From IMG/VR virus record IMGVR_UViG_3300050144_000055: a stretch of 33,972 bases of DNA; one strand, 5' to 3'. The stretch is from a virus. The notes below the pieces were generated by a model that made no database searches, had not been told where the DNA came from, and saw only the letters and a list, made by a program, of their open reading frames with translations. The position numbers and the translations under genes were made by a program. The number at the start of each line of letters is the position of its first letter. Position 1 is the stretch's first letter. Shown piece by piece: positions 24,593-33,856 of this stretch.

Positions 24593-26017
24593 ATGGGGCT
24601 TGATTCGAACATCGCACTCCAGGTGCGCGCGCCTGCCGACCCGATGGAAGCCTACGGCCGCGCCATCAGCCTGAAGAGCCTGATGGGGCAGCAGTCCATG
24701 CAGGACATGCAGCTTGAGCAGGCCCGCCAGCAGCAGGAACAGGAGCGCACCCTGGCCGACTTGTACCGCGGCAACATCGGCGCCGACGGGCAGGTGAACC
24801 GGCAGGGCGTCACCAGCGCCATGGCGCAGCGCGGGCTGGGCGGGCGCATCCCCGGTGTGCAGAAGCAATGGGCCGAGGCCGACAAGGCCGGCGCCGAGCT
24901 GGGGCAGGTGAAGGCCAAGACCGCCGTGGACGAGATCAAGGCCGAGCACGAAAAGGCCGCGTACGTCGGCGACACGATGGCGCGGCTGGCATCGAACCCG
25001 AACATCACCCACGACGACGTGATCCGCGAGCTGGCGAACGTCCCTCCGCAGTTCGCCGACAACGCCGCGCGCCTGGTGCGCTCGCTGCCCGGCGACCCCT
25101 GGCAGTTGCGGCAGTACCTGCTGACCATCGGGCTCGAAGCGGACAAGCGCCTGGCGGCGATCACGCCGCAGTTCCAGAAGCTCGACGCGGGGAACCGGTT
25201 GATCCTCGGCACAACGGACCCGATGACCGGCGCGTTCACTGCTCAGGGGGGCCCGGTGGTCAAGGCCCCCGAGGGCTACATCGTCGGGCCGGATGGCCGG
25301 CTGTCCGTCGATCCTGGGTTCCAGGCGTCGAAAGAGAAGATTGCCTCGGCCGGGAAAAGCCAGATCAACCTGGCTGTCAACACCGAAAAGAGCCTCACCA
25401 ACGAGATGGCGCAGGGCCTCGGCAGGCAGCTCGATTCGAGCCTCGCCGACGCGACCGCGGCCGGCTCGCAGATCACGAACGCCCGCAACCTGCGGCAGCT
25501 ACTCGATAGCGGCAAGGTGATCACCGGGCCCGGCGCGGACGCGCGCATCCTGGCAACACAGATCGGGTCCGCCCTCGGCGTCACCGGCAAGGACGCGGAG
25601 GAGCGCCTGGCGAACACGCGCGCTGCGATCCAGGGGCTGGCGCAGGCTGAACTCACCGCCGCCGCCGGCATGAAGGGGCAGGGGGCCATCACCGACAGTG
25701 AGCGAGCCATGCTGAAGAAAGCCGCCGCAGGCGACATCAGCATGAGCCAGTCCGAACTCCGCGCCATGTCGGCCGCCATCGAGCGCAACGCGAACGCCCG
25801 TATCCAGCTGCACCAGCAGCAGGTGCAGCGACTGGGCGCGCTGCCTGGCGCCGCGCCGCTGATGCCGTTCTACGCGGCGCCCCAGGCGCCCGGAGAGTCG
25901 CAGCCAGCACCCGCCCAGCCGGCACCCCCGGCGCGCGGCGGCACGCAACCAGCCCGCACGCAGCAGCCCGCCGCGCGGCCCCCGCAGCAGCGCGCACCCT
26001 CCGTCAGCAACTGGTGA
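24593..26017 (+). CDS. Putative internal virion / ejection protein (474 aa)
   Basis: Position and Q/A-rich helical composition resemble podovirus ejection proteins. Continuous ORF. Confidence 0.5.
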   Translation: MGLDSNIALQVRAPADPMEAYGRAISLKSLMGQQSMQDMQLEQARQQQEQERTLADLYRGNIGADGQVNRQGVTSAMAQRGLGGRIPGVQKQWAEADKAGAELGQVKAKTAVDEIKAEHEKAAYVGDTMARLASNPNITHDDVIRELANVPPQFADNAARLVRSLPGDPWQLRQYLLTIGLEADKRLAAITPQFQKLDAGNRLILGTTDPMTGAFTAQGGPVVKAPEGYIVGPDGRLSVDPGFQASKEKIASAGKSQINLAVNTEKSLTNEMAQGLGRQLDSSLADATAAGSQITNARNLRQLLDSGKVITGPGADARILATQIGSALGVTGKDAEERLANTRAAIQGLAQAELTAAAGMKGQGAITDSERAMLKKAAAGDISMSQSELRAMSAAIERNANARIQLHQQQVQRLGALPGAAPLMPFYAAPQAPGESQPAPAQPAPPARGGTQPARTQQPAARPPQQRAPSVSNW

Positions 26018-26021
26018 CACC

Positions 26022-28391
26022 ATGCCTCGAAACATCACAGTCACGTTCGACGACGGCACCCAGCACACCTACGCCAACGCCCCCGACAGCGTCACGCCCG
26101 ACCAGATCACGGCCCGCGCCTGGCAAGACCACGGCAAGGTGGTCACGCATCTCGACGGCGGGCGCAAGTCGGGGCCGGACGCATAGGCGCGTGTCGGCAC
26201 GGAGAAGGGCCGCGCCAGCAGCTACGGCACGCCCCCCGAGGCTGCGCCAGCGCCTGCCGAACCCAAGCCCCGCAGCCTCGGCGACGACCTGATCCGGCAA
26301 GGCGGCCTGACCGCCCGCTACGCCATGGAGGGCGCCCCGCAGGTGCTCGACCTCATCACCGCGCCCGTCCGGATTGGCCTCAACGCCGTCAATGGCGCCA
26401 TGGGCGGTAACCCTGAGCACTTCCAGCCGCTGTCCGACCTCGGCCGGCGCGGCGCCGACAGGCTTGGCCTGCCGCAGCCCGAGAACGCCGCCGAGCGCGT
26501 TATCGGCGATGCTTCCCGTGCCGTTGCCGGCTCCGGGGGCTCGGTCGGCCTGGCGCGCGCTGTGGCCGCTCGGGCGGGCACTCCGGCGGTGAAGGCCGTC
26601 GCGCAGAAGATGGCCGCTGACCCAGCAGCGCAAGGCGTCTCCGGCGCCACTGGCGCAGCAGCGGGCAGCGCGACCCGCGAAGAGGGCGGCACGCCGATGG
26701 GCCAGTTCGTCGCCTCGCTCGTTGGCGGGCTGACCGGTGGCGCGGCGCTCAACGCCGGCCGGTCGGCGACCAACGCGGCCGGCGCCGCGGCCCGCAAGGC
26801 GTTGAACCCGCGGCAGCTCGACGCCACGCTGAAGACGACGTTGGAGCGGGCCGGCGTGAGCTGGGACGACCTCGGCGCTGCGGCCAAGATCCGGCTCCGC
26901 AAGGACGCCGAGAACGCGGTGTACAGCGGCCAGCCCATCGACGCCGCGGCGCTGAAGCGCCTGGCCGACTTCCGCGCGGTCGGCGCCACGCCGCTGCTGG
27001 GCGACATCACCCAGGATCCAGGCCTGTTGACGATGCAGCGCAACCTCGCCAAGACGCAGGCCAATGGTGCGGGCGACCTGCCGGGCCTGCAGAACGCGAA
27101 CGCGGGCCGGGTGCTCGACACGCTGCAGCGGCAGGCTGACTCTCCCCTCGACGCCTACGCCACCGGCGAGCGGATCATCAGCACCGTGCAGGGCAAGGAC
27201 GCCGCGCTGAAGGCGGGGGAAAAGGCGCTGTACGACCGCGCCCGCGGCGCCGCAGGCCGAGAGGTGCAGCTCGACCGCGGCCAGTTCGTGAACGAGGCGT
27301 TTTCCAACCTGGCGGCCACCAACAGGCAGGCGTTCCTGCCGGAGTCGGTGGGCAAGGTGCTTGACCAGATCGCCGCAGGCACCGTCAAGGTCGGGGGGCA
27401 GGAGCACCCGGTGCCGTTCGACGTGAACACCATCGACCAGCTCAAGACGATCCTGGCAAGTGCCAGCCGGGCGACGATGGACGGGAACGCCAAGGCGGCA
27501 ATCAAGGCCGTGCGCGACGCGCTCGAAAACGCCCAGATCGCCACGGCGCGCCAGCCAGCCACCCCGGGCGGCCTCGCTACCTGGGCGCAGGCGGCGGCCA
27601 TGCGGCAGGCCGACACGGCGCCCGCCGAGGCACTGGCGTGGTTCGACAAGGCCCGCGGCGCGGCGCGCGACCGGCGCACCTGGCAGGAGAGCGCGAAGTT
27701 CATCGAGGCGGCGCTCGACGGCGCGGCGCCTGACGACTTCGTGCGCAAGCACATCATCAGCGCACCGGTCGGCGAGCTGCAGAAGCTCAAATCCGAGATC
27801 TCCCGCGCAGCCGCGCCCGCCGCTTCGTCGTCGCGCGAGTTGTCCACCGCCGTCAACCCGGGCGGCCTCACGGCGCCGAACACCGGTGGCGCACAACAGG
27901 GCGAGATCATCAACGCCGTCCGGAAGCAGATGATCGACTACATCCTGAAGCGCGGCCGAGCGGACAGTGACGTGCGCAACTTCAGCAGCGCGGGCATGAA
28001 GGACGCCCTGCAGCAGCTCGGTGACCGCAAGCTGGCGATGTTCTTCAGCCCGGACGAGACCCAGCAGATCAAGAGCGCGGTCAACGTCGGGCGCTACATG
28101 CAGTCCCAGCCCATCGGCTCGGCGGTCAACAACAGCAACTCGGGCGCGATGCTGTGGGGGCGCCTTTCCAGTCTGCTGGGGCACGCCTCCGGGATTCCTG
28201 GCGTCGGGCCCCTCGCCGCGGCCCCGCTGCAGCAGTTCACGACCACCCTGCAAGCCCGCGGCCTGCGCGATTTATCCCGTGGGCTCGCCCAACCAGCCCC
28301 CCAGGTTGGCGCCGTAAGCTCCGCTGCGGTGCCTCTGTCGCTATTATTCGCGCAGCCAGCCCAGGGCCGCGGGGACCAGCAGCGCCGCTAA
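26022..28391 (+). CDS. Large internal virion / ejection protein (789 aa) read through TAG at 26184-26186
   Basis: ATG 26022 lies 4 nt after the upstream stop. TAG at codon 55 is followed by 138 nt of in-frame coding-like sequence, with no start codon or SD before ATG 26325. Confidence 0.55.
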
Positions 28392-28437
28392 GCGACCCAA
28401 CAGATCACCTTCCATACCCGCACCCCAGGAACCCAAG

Positions 28438-30183
28438 ATGGCATCCATCCTCACTGAAGGCCGGCAGGCGTTCACCGATTAGGTCGGCGCCCCGCTGGTC
28501 GGCGGCAAGCTCTACACCTACGACGCCGGCACCAGCACGCCGCGCCCGACCTACGCCGACGCGGCCGGCACGGTGCCGAACACAAACCCGGTGGTGCTGG
28601 ACGCCCGCGGCGAAGCGGCGGTGTTCTGGTCCGGCGCGTACAAAGTGGTGCTCAAGACGGCGACCGATGCCACGGTCTGGACCGTGGACGGAGTGCAATC
28701 CACGGACGCGCAGGGCGCCGGGCAGTTTGCGGCGGATGCGCTGCGCACCGACTTGGCCAGCACTGCGGCCGGCAAGGGCGCCGCACTGGTGGGCCAAACA
28801 GACGGGGCGGCCTACCCTGCGGGGACGGTCGGCTGGTACATCAACAAGATCAAGCCGGTCGTGACCAACGGCGTGGACGACTACAGCCGGATCATGACCG
28901 AGCTGGCGAACACGGACGTGTGCTGGATCGATGGCGATCTGACCACCAGCCAGACCATCGTTGTGCCCGAATACAAGGGGATCTACGGCACGCACCGAGA
29001 CGGCACGACCCTGACCTACACCGGGGCCGGGGCTTGTGGGATCTACTGCGGTCAGGCCGGCTACGCGGTCCCATTGCGTGGATACGAGCTACGGGACTTT
29101 ACGCTCGCGGTGACGAACAAAAGCGTCGTGATCGACGGCATCGTGATGGAAAACGCCATCCATTTTCAGGTGCGCGACATCACGATCACCGGCCCGAAAA
29201 ACCCGAACTTGGTGGAGCCGCTGACCGGATCGGGCCTGCACATCAAGAACGGCTCGTTCATCGGCCGTGTGTCGCGCGTTGATTCGCGCCTTTGGGAGTA
29301 TGGGGTACATACTCAGACAATGATCACCGGGCAGGATTCATGGACCGCTGCCCTGGTGTTTGATGGCCAGGGCGAACTGATCAACAACCGCATCGGCATG
29401 ATGCTTGGGGACGATTCGGTCGCGCTCTATGATTTCAACGGGTGCACCGTTCGCGATTACACCGTCGAGGGCAACTACGAAGGCGGTATCCAAGTGGTCA
29501 GCGCGGTCTCTGCCACGCTGGACAACATCTACTGCGAGCATAACGGGTACTGGGATATCCGGCTGGGCAGCGACGGGATTGCTCCTGGCCCGATCAAAAC
29601 CCGGATCAACAACTGCAAGGCCGACTCCAACGACACGCAGTCCACGCCATACGGATCGCGCACGTATTTGTCGAAGCTGTGGATCCAGAAGGCGTCGTTT
29701 GCGAGCGCACGCGACAACGACTTCGCGGCAGGCTCGATCCCGTGCATCCGGATCGATCCCGGCAGTGACCGCGCCTACCTGGACAACAACCGGGTCAACA
29801 CGGCAAGCGCCATCAAGATTCTCGACAACGGCGTCGGCACGATCATCGACAACACTCCCGGGGTGCTGCAGTCCGTTATTTCGGTGCCGACTCTGCTCAA
29901 TAGTTGGGCCAACCTCGGCTCCGGGTATGAGCAGGCGGGGATCACGTCGCAGCGCCAGGCCAATGGGGCGACCGAGATCATGCTGAATGGCATGATCAGC
30001 GGCGGGGCCGCGGGCAGCACCATATTCACGCTACCGGCCGGCCAGCGGCCATCCGCGCGGATTGATTTTGCCGTAGGAGGAGGCGCTGCCAACAACGTCG
30101 CAGTATTTAGCACGGGGGACGTGATATGCACAGTCAAGGGGTCGTCGTCAATTTCGCTGCGCGGCGTCCGGTTCTTGGTTTGA
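28438..30183 (+). CDS. Tailspike / tail fibre read through TAG at 28480-28482
   Basis: MASILTEGRQAFTD-TAG-VGAPLVGGKLYTYDAGTSTPRPTYADAAGTVPNTNPVVLDARGEAAVFWSGAYKVVLK is the widespread conserved phage tail-fibre N-terminal motif, and the TAG falls inside it. The C-terminal two thirds have beta-helix-like repeats and lower GC. Confidence 0.8.
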
Positions 30184-30195
30184 CGGGGCGGATCA

Positions 30196-30453
30196 ATGAG
30201 TATGAGCACTGATTTCACTCACGTCAGCTGGGCGGGCCCGGTAGCTGCCTGGGCTGTCAACGCGCTCACATGGGCGCTGGGCGGGATGTCTCCTCTTGCG
30301 GCTCTAGGGGCGCTCGCGGCTCTCTGGTGGACCATCGAGCGAGCGCTGACCGAACGGGCCAAACGCCGAGCGATTTCTGATTTTGCCGCCACCCAGCCAG
30401 AGCATTTGCAGAGGACGCTATCGGCGATCAAGACCAAGCCAGGGGAGTTTTGA
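30196..30453 (+). CDS. Putative holin (two TM helices, charged C-terminus)
   Basis: 85 aa. TM segments are GPVAAWAVNALTWALGG and LAALGALAALWWTI, followed by ERAKRRA. First gene of the lysis cluster. Confidence 0.55.
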   Translation: MSMSTDFTHVSWAGPVAAWAVNALTWALGGMSPLAALGALAALWWTIERALTERAKRRAISDFAATQPEHLQRTLSAIKTKPGEF

Positions 30454-30454
30454 C

Positions 30455-30922
30455 ATGGGCGGACTTCTATCGTTCCTAGCTTCGACTGCCTTTCGATGGC
30501 TTTTTGGCTCGCTGCTGGAGGCGTGGACCAAGGGCCAGGACCACCGGCACGAGGTCGAGCTGCTGGGCCTGCAGCTGCAGCAGGACGCGCAGCGCCACCA
30601 GTGGCAGCAGGAGGCGATCCAGGCTCAGGCGGCGGCCGGCGTGCGGGTGATTGAGGCGCAATCCGTCCAGGCCCGGGAGCAGGCTGCGGACGCCGCGTTC
30701 CTGGCTGCCGTGAGCGGGGTCAATGCGGCATCCGAGCGCGCCGGCTGGGTCGGCGGGTGGAATGCAGCCATTCGCCCAGCGCTGGCCACCGTGGCGATCC
30801 TGCTGATCGCCGGCAGCGCCATCGCCCCGGATCGTGTCGTGCTGACCGGCGTGGTGCTCGAAGTTGTTTGCGCTGTGCTCGGGGTGTTCATCGGCGGCCG
30901 GATCGCATCCACGGGGCGCTGA
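30455..30922 (+). CDS. Membrane protein, GTA-holin-3TM-like
   Basis: 155 aa from ATG 30455. N-terminal TM, a Q-rich helix, then ASERAGWVGGWNAAIRPALATVAILLIAG and a further TM helix. Confidence 0.5.
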   Translation: MGGLLSFLASTAFRWLFGSLLEAWTKGQDHRHEVELLGLQLQQDAQRHQWQQEAIQAQAAAGVRVIEAQSVQAREQAADAAFLAAVSGVNAASERAGWVGGWNAAIRPALATVAILLIAGSAIAPDRVVLTGVVLEVVCAVLGVFIGGRIASTGR

Positions 30923-30959
30923 AAATTTCACAACCGCGCAATACGCGCAGAAGGCAACC

Positions 30960-31274
30960 ATGAACAGCACCGAACAAACCACCGAAGCGGCCATCGTCGC
31001 GGCAGGCGCCACAGCTCCGCGCATCACGCCGGCCGACATCGCTGCGAACATCACCCACACCGAGATCGTCAAGCACGTCACGCCGTCGGGCAAGGTGCTC
31101 CGCTGGGCGGTCCTCACGTGCCGCAATGGTTTCGCCGTCACCGGCAAGCCGTCCGCGTCCGTGTCGGTCGAAAACGACCGGGAGGAGATCGGCCGGCAGA
31201 TTGCCATCGACAACGCCCGTGACGAGATGTGGGCGCTCATGGGGTACGCTCTTCAGCAGCAGCTGCATGCCTGA
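30960..31274 (+). CDS. Gp49-like (N4 gp49 / Sf6 gp66 family) protein, paralogue 1
   Basis: 104 aa. RITPADIAANI...WAVLTCRNGFAVTGKPSASVSVENDREEIGRQIAIDNARDEMWALMGYAL matches the Phage_gp49_66 pattern. Confidence 0.7.
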   Translation: MNSTEQTTEAAIVAAGATAPRITPADIAANITHTEIVKHVTPSGKVLRWAVLTCRNGFAVTGKPSASVSVENDREEIGRQIAIDNARDEMWALMGYALQQQLHA

Positions 31275-31723
31275 TGACCCCGGCGCCGATCAAGCGCGCG
31301 CTGCCAGTCATCGCGCGGTTCGAGGGCCTGCGGCTGCGGCCGTACCTGTGTCCAGCGGGTGTTCCATCGATTGGGCTGGGATCGACCCGCTACCTCGACG
31401 GCAGGCCGGTCTGCCTGACTGATCCGCCGATCACCCGTGAGCACGCCTACGCGCTGGCCGTGGAGCAGCTTCGGCGCGAGTACCTGCCCGCAGTGCTGCG
31501 CCTGTGTCCGGGCATCGACAGCTACGACAGGCTGGCTGGTGTGCTGAGTTTCACCTACAACTGCGGGGTCGGTGCGCTCCAGGCGTCAAAGCTGCGGCGG
31601 CGGATCAACGCGGGCAACTGGCCCGGCGCCCAGGTAGAGATACGCAGATGGACCCATGGCGGTGGGCGTGAGCTGCGGGGGCTGGTCATCCGGCGAGCTG
31701 TTGAGGCTGCGATGTTGGCATAA
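31274..31723 (+). CDS. Endolysin, T4-lysozyme (GH24) family
   Basis: 149 aa. The segment ARFEGLRLRPYLCPAGVPSIGLGS has E-x8-C-x5-S spacing of the lysozyme catalytic motif. Also contains FTYNCGVGAL and GLVIRR blocks. Confidence 0.85.
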   Translation: MTPAPIKRALPVIARFEGLRLRPYLCPAGVPSIGLGSTRYLDGRPVCLTDPPITREHAYALAVEQLRREYLPAVLRLCPGIDSYDRLAGVLSFTYNCGVGALQASKLRRRINAGNWPGAQVEIRRWTHGGGRELRGLVIRRAVEAAMLA

Positions 31724-31815
31724 TGCTCCCGCGCGCCTAGGGTCTGCAGCCCGAACCGCTGGCAAGTTCCACCAGCCGGCGCGCATCAACCCGGAACAGA
31801 CCAAGGAAACAGTTC

Positions 31816-32364
31816 ATGCAAGACGCACTCCAAGTATTCGACGACCTGACCACGATCGACGGCCAGCCGATGACCACTTCGCGCAAAGTCGCGGCACGGT
31901 TCAAGAAGGCCCACAAGACCGTGCTGCGGTCGATCAAGAGAATCGAGGCGGCACAGCCCGAGTTCTCGCGGCTCAATTTTGTGCCGCGAGATTACGTTGA
32001 TGAACGCGGCAAGTCGCAGCCGGAATACCTCATGACCCGCGATGGCTTCGCGCTGCTGGCGATGGGGTTCACGGGCGATGCGGCGATGTCGTGGAAGATC
32101 GTCTACATCAACGCCTTCAACCGCATGGCTGAAGAGATCGCCAAGGCCGCTCACGTCCCGTCCATCACCGGCACTTTGTACCAACAGGCACTGACCGCCG
32201 AGAAGGCAGAAGCCTTGTCGTTCCAAGCTGCCAGCGACGCCGCGAAGATCATGCGCGCCCGGAAGGATGTGAAGCCGGTTCTCGTGCAACAGGTCGAGAT
32301 GATGCGCGAAGCGGTGCAGCTTTGCCTTGTGCTTGGGCTCACCAAGTTGCCTGAAATTTCCTGA
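31816..32364 (+). CDS. Rha-family phage regulatory protein (second copy)
   Basis: 182 aa. MTTSRKVAARFKKAHKTVLRSI...NFVPRDYVDERGKSQPEYLMTRDGFALLAMGFTGDAAMSWKIVYINAFNRM is a near-canonical Phage_pRha domain. Confidence 0.85.
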   Translation: MQDALQVFDDLTTIDGQPMTTSRKVAARFKKAHKTVLRSIKRIEAAQPEFSRLNFVPRDYVDERGKSQPEYLMTRDGFALLAMGFTGDAAMSWKIVYINAFNRMAEEIAKAAHVPSITGTLYQQALTAEKAEALSFQAASDAAKIMRARKDVKPVLVQQVEMMREAVQLCLVLGLTKLPEIS

Positions 32365-32367
32365 CCC

Positions 32368-32883
32368 ATGAAAGACACCATGACCATGACCAGTACCAAC
32401 CAAGCCATCGAATCCGCCATCGTCGCCGCTGGCGCCACGGCTCCGCGCATCACGCCGGCTGACATCGCTGCGAACATCGTCAGCGAGCATTACTTTACCG
32501 GCGCAGAAGGCATCGCTGGTGCCACGCTCAACGGCGACAACGCCGTGAACCGGTTTCTGACTTGGCCCGTCCCTGCGGACGTCTACCCCGACGGATCCCC
32601 CGGAAAGCCGGGGCGAACCGGGACCAATCTGCTGACAGCCCATCAGGCGCGGGGCATGCTGGCCCACGTATCCGCCGCTGAGGCCCAAACCTCGTCGCTC
32701 GGCTTGCTGACCTTCTGCGTGCTCACGCTACGCAACGGATTCACCGTGACCGGCGAGAGCGCCTGCGCCAGCCCTGAGAACTTCAATGCTGAAATCGGCC
32801 GGCGCATCGCCCGTGAGAACGCGGTCGCCAAGGTCTGGCCGCTCATGGGCTACGAACTGCGCAGCAAACTGGCCGCCGGCTGA
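32368..32883 (+). CDS. Gp49-like protein, paralogue 2, with an internal insertion of roughly 60 aa
   Basis: 171 aa. Shares AIVAAGATAPRITPADIAANI and LTLRNGFTVTGESACASPENFNAEIGRRIARENAVAKVWPLMGYEL with paralogue 1. Confidence 0.7.
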   Translation: MKDTMTMTSTNQAIESAIVAAGATAPRITPADIAANIVSEHYFTGAEGIAGATLNGDNAVNRFLTWPVPADVYPDGSPGKPGRTGTNLLTAHQARGMLAHVSAAEAQTSSLGLLTFCVLTLRNGFTVTGESACASPENFNAEIGRRIARENAVAKVWPLMGYELRSKLAAG

Positions 32884-32921
32884 ATTATCGCCCTTGGATA
32901 AACCGAGATAATTTCCCAAAG

Positions 32922-32957
32922 AAAAAGCCCCGCTCGGCATCCCGGCGGGGCTTTGTT
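32922..32957. terminator. Bidirectional rho-independent terminator between convergent operons
   Basis: aaaaAGCCCCGC-tcggcatcccg-GCGGGGCTttgtt: an 8-bp GC-rich stem (32926-32933 / 32945-32952) with an A-tract upstream and a T-tract downstream. Confidence 0.8.
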
Positions 32958-32967
32958 GCGTCAGGGG

Positions 32968-33402
32968 TCAGCGCATCTTGTAATCGCACCCCATCTTGTG
33001 CGGCCCGTTCTCCAGCGCGCCGCAGCATGCGTGCTCGGCCTGTCTTGCGGTCTTGCTCATCCGCTCAACCCGCATCCGCTCGCCGACAGCCGCTGCGCAC
33101 AGCACCACAGCCTCGCGCCATGCGCTTGTGTTTCCATCGCGCGCAACCCGGTGCCACTCTGCGCCAACAACCCGCGCTTGCACTGCCGTACCGCGCGAGT
33201 CCACGTACATCAGCAGTTTGTCTGCCAGCCGCGCGGCGTCCCCGTCGTCCAGGTGCGGGCGCCAGTGAATGCCGTACCCGGCCGCATTGACGCCGAGCAT
33301 TGCAACCAGTGCCCCGCGCGGCCCGACCGGCTCGAATGACGTGATCGTGTGTCCAGCCGCCAGCGCGGCCAGTTCGAGCTGTCCGCGTGTGATCTCAGCC
33401 AC
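32968..33402 (-). CDS. Hypothetical protein, last gene of the leftward operon
   Basis: The preferred start is GTG 33402 (VAEITRGQLELAAL...) six nt after GGAGG. The ORF is open from 33528. TGA stop just before the terminator. Confidence 0.55.
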   Translation of the reverse strand: MAEITRGQLELAALAAGHTITSFEPVGPRGALVAMLGVNAAGYGIHWRPHLDDGDAARLADKLLMYVDSRGTAVQARVVGAEWHRVARDGNTSAWREAVVLCAAAVGERMRVERMSKTARQAEHACCGALENGPHKMGCDYKMR

Positions 33403-33856
33403 GGCGCACCTCCAGTCCGTTCGCTGACAGCACGGCCGCTTGAACCAGCCGAGCCTCATCAAGCGCTGACGCGGCGTCAGGCCTCCCGGATTGCCACGAC
33501 AGGAACGAGAACCCTGCCGCCAGCTCATCGCCTGGCTGAATCTCGCTCATCGCCGCTGCAAGCTGCCAATCCTCCAGCAGCACCGCCTGGCGCTCGCCGT
33601 CCGGCAGAGGAAGATCCTCGATCGCCTGCGCCAATTCCTCTTCAGCCGGCTCCCCGGAGCTGTAATACAGCGGCTCCTTGCGGGCAAGCTTGGCAGCGGC
33701 ATCCCGCATCTGCTCGGCCCCCTCGCGCCGTGCATCCGCCAGCGCAGCGGCGATCATCTCGCTCAGCTCGTCGACAGATGCCTCGCACCCAACAATTGCG
33801 TCAATGATCTGCTGCACCGACAGCGGCGCCTCGTCATGTTTGTGCATCGTGCTCAT
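33395..33856 (-). CDS. Hypothetical acidic protein (153 aa)
   Basis: ATGA overlap with the junction-spanning gene; continuous ORF. Confidence 0.6.
   Translation of the reverse strand: MSTMHKHDEAPLSVQQIIDAIVGCEASVDELSEMIAAALADARREGAEQMRDAAAKLARKEPLYYSSGEPAEEELAQAIEDLPLPDGERQAVLLEDWQLAAAMSEIQPGDELAAGFSFLSWQSGRPDAASALDEARLVQAAVLSANGLEVRRG

Noticed and set aside
26004-28253. 749-aa minus-strand ORF. The same applies to 23392-24612, 18160-19347, 9546-10970 and 7331-8413 on the minus strand.
   Set aside because: All are antisense shadows of convincing plus-strand genes in a stop-poor high-GC sequence. None has a recognisable motif.
15599-28482. Reading the nine TAGs as nonsense mutations, a degraded prophage, or sequencing errors
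   Set aside because: All interruptions are the same codon. They hit essential virion genes yet leave the frames intact. No TGA or TAA interruptions and no frameshifts accompany them. A matching CUA-anticodon tRNA is encoded in the same genome.
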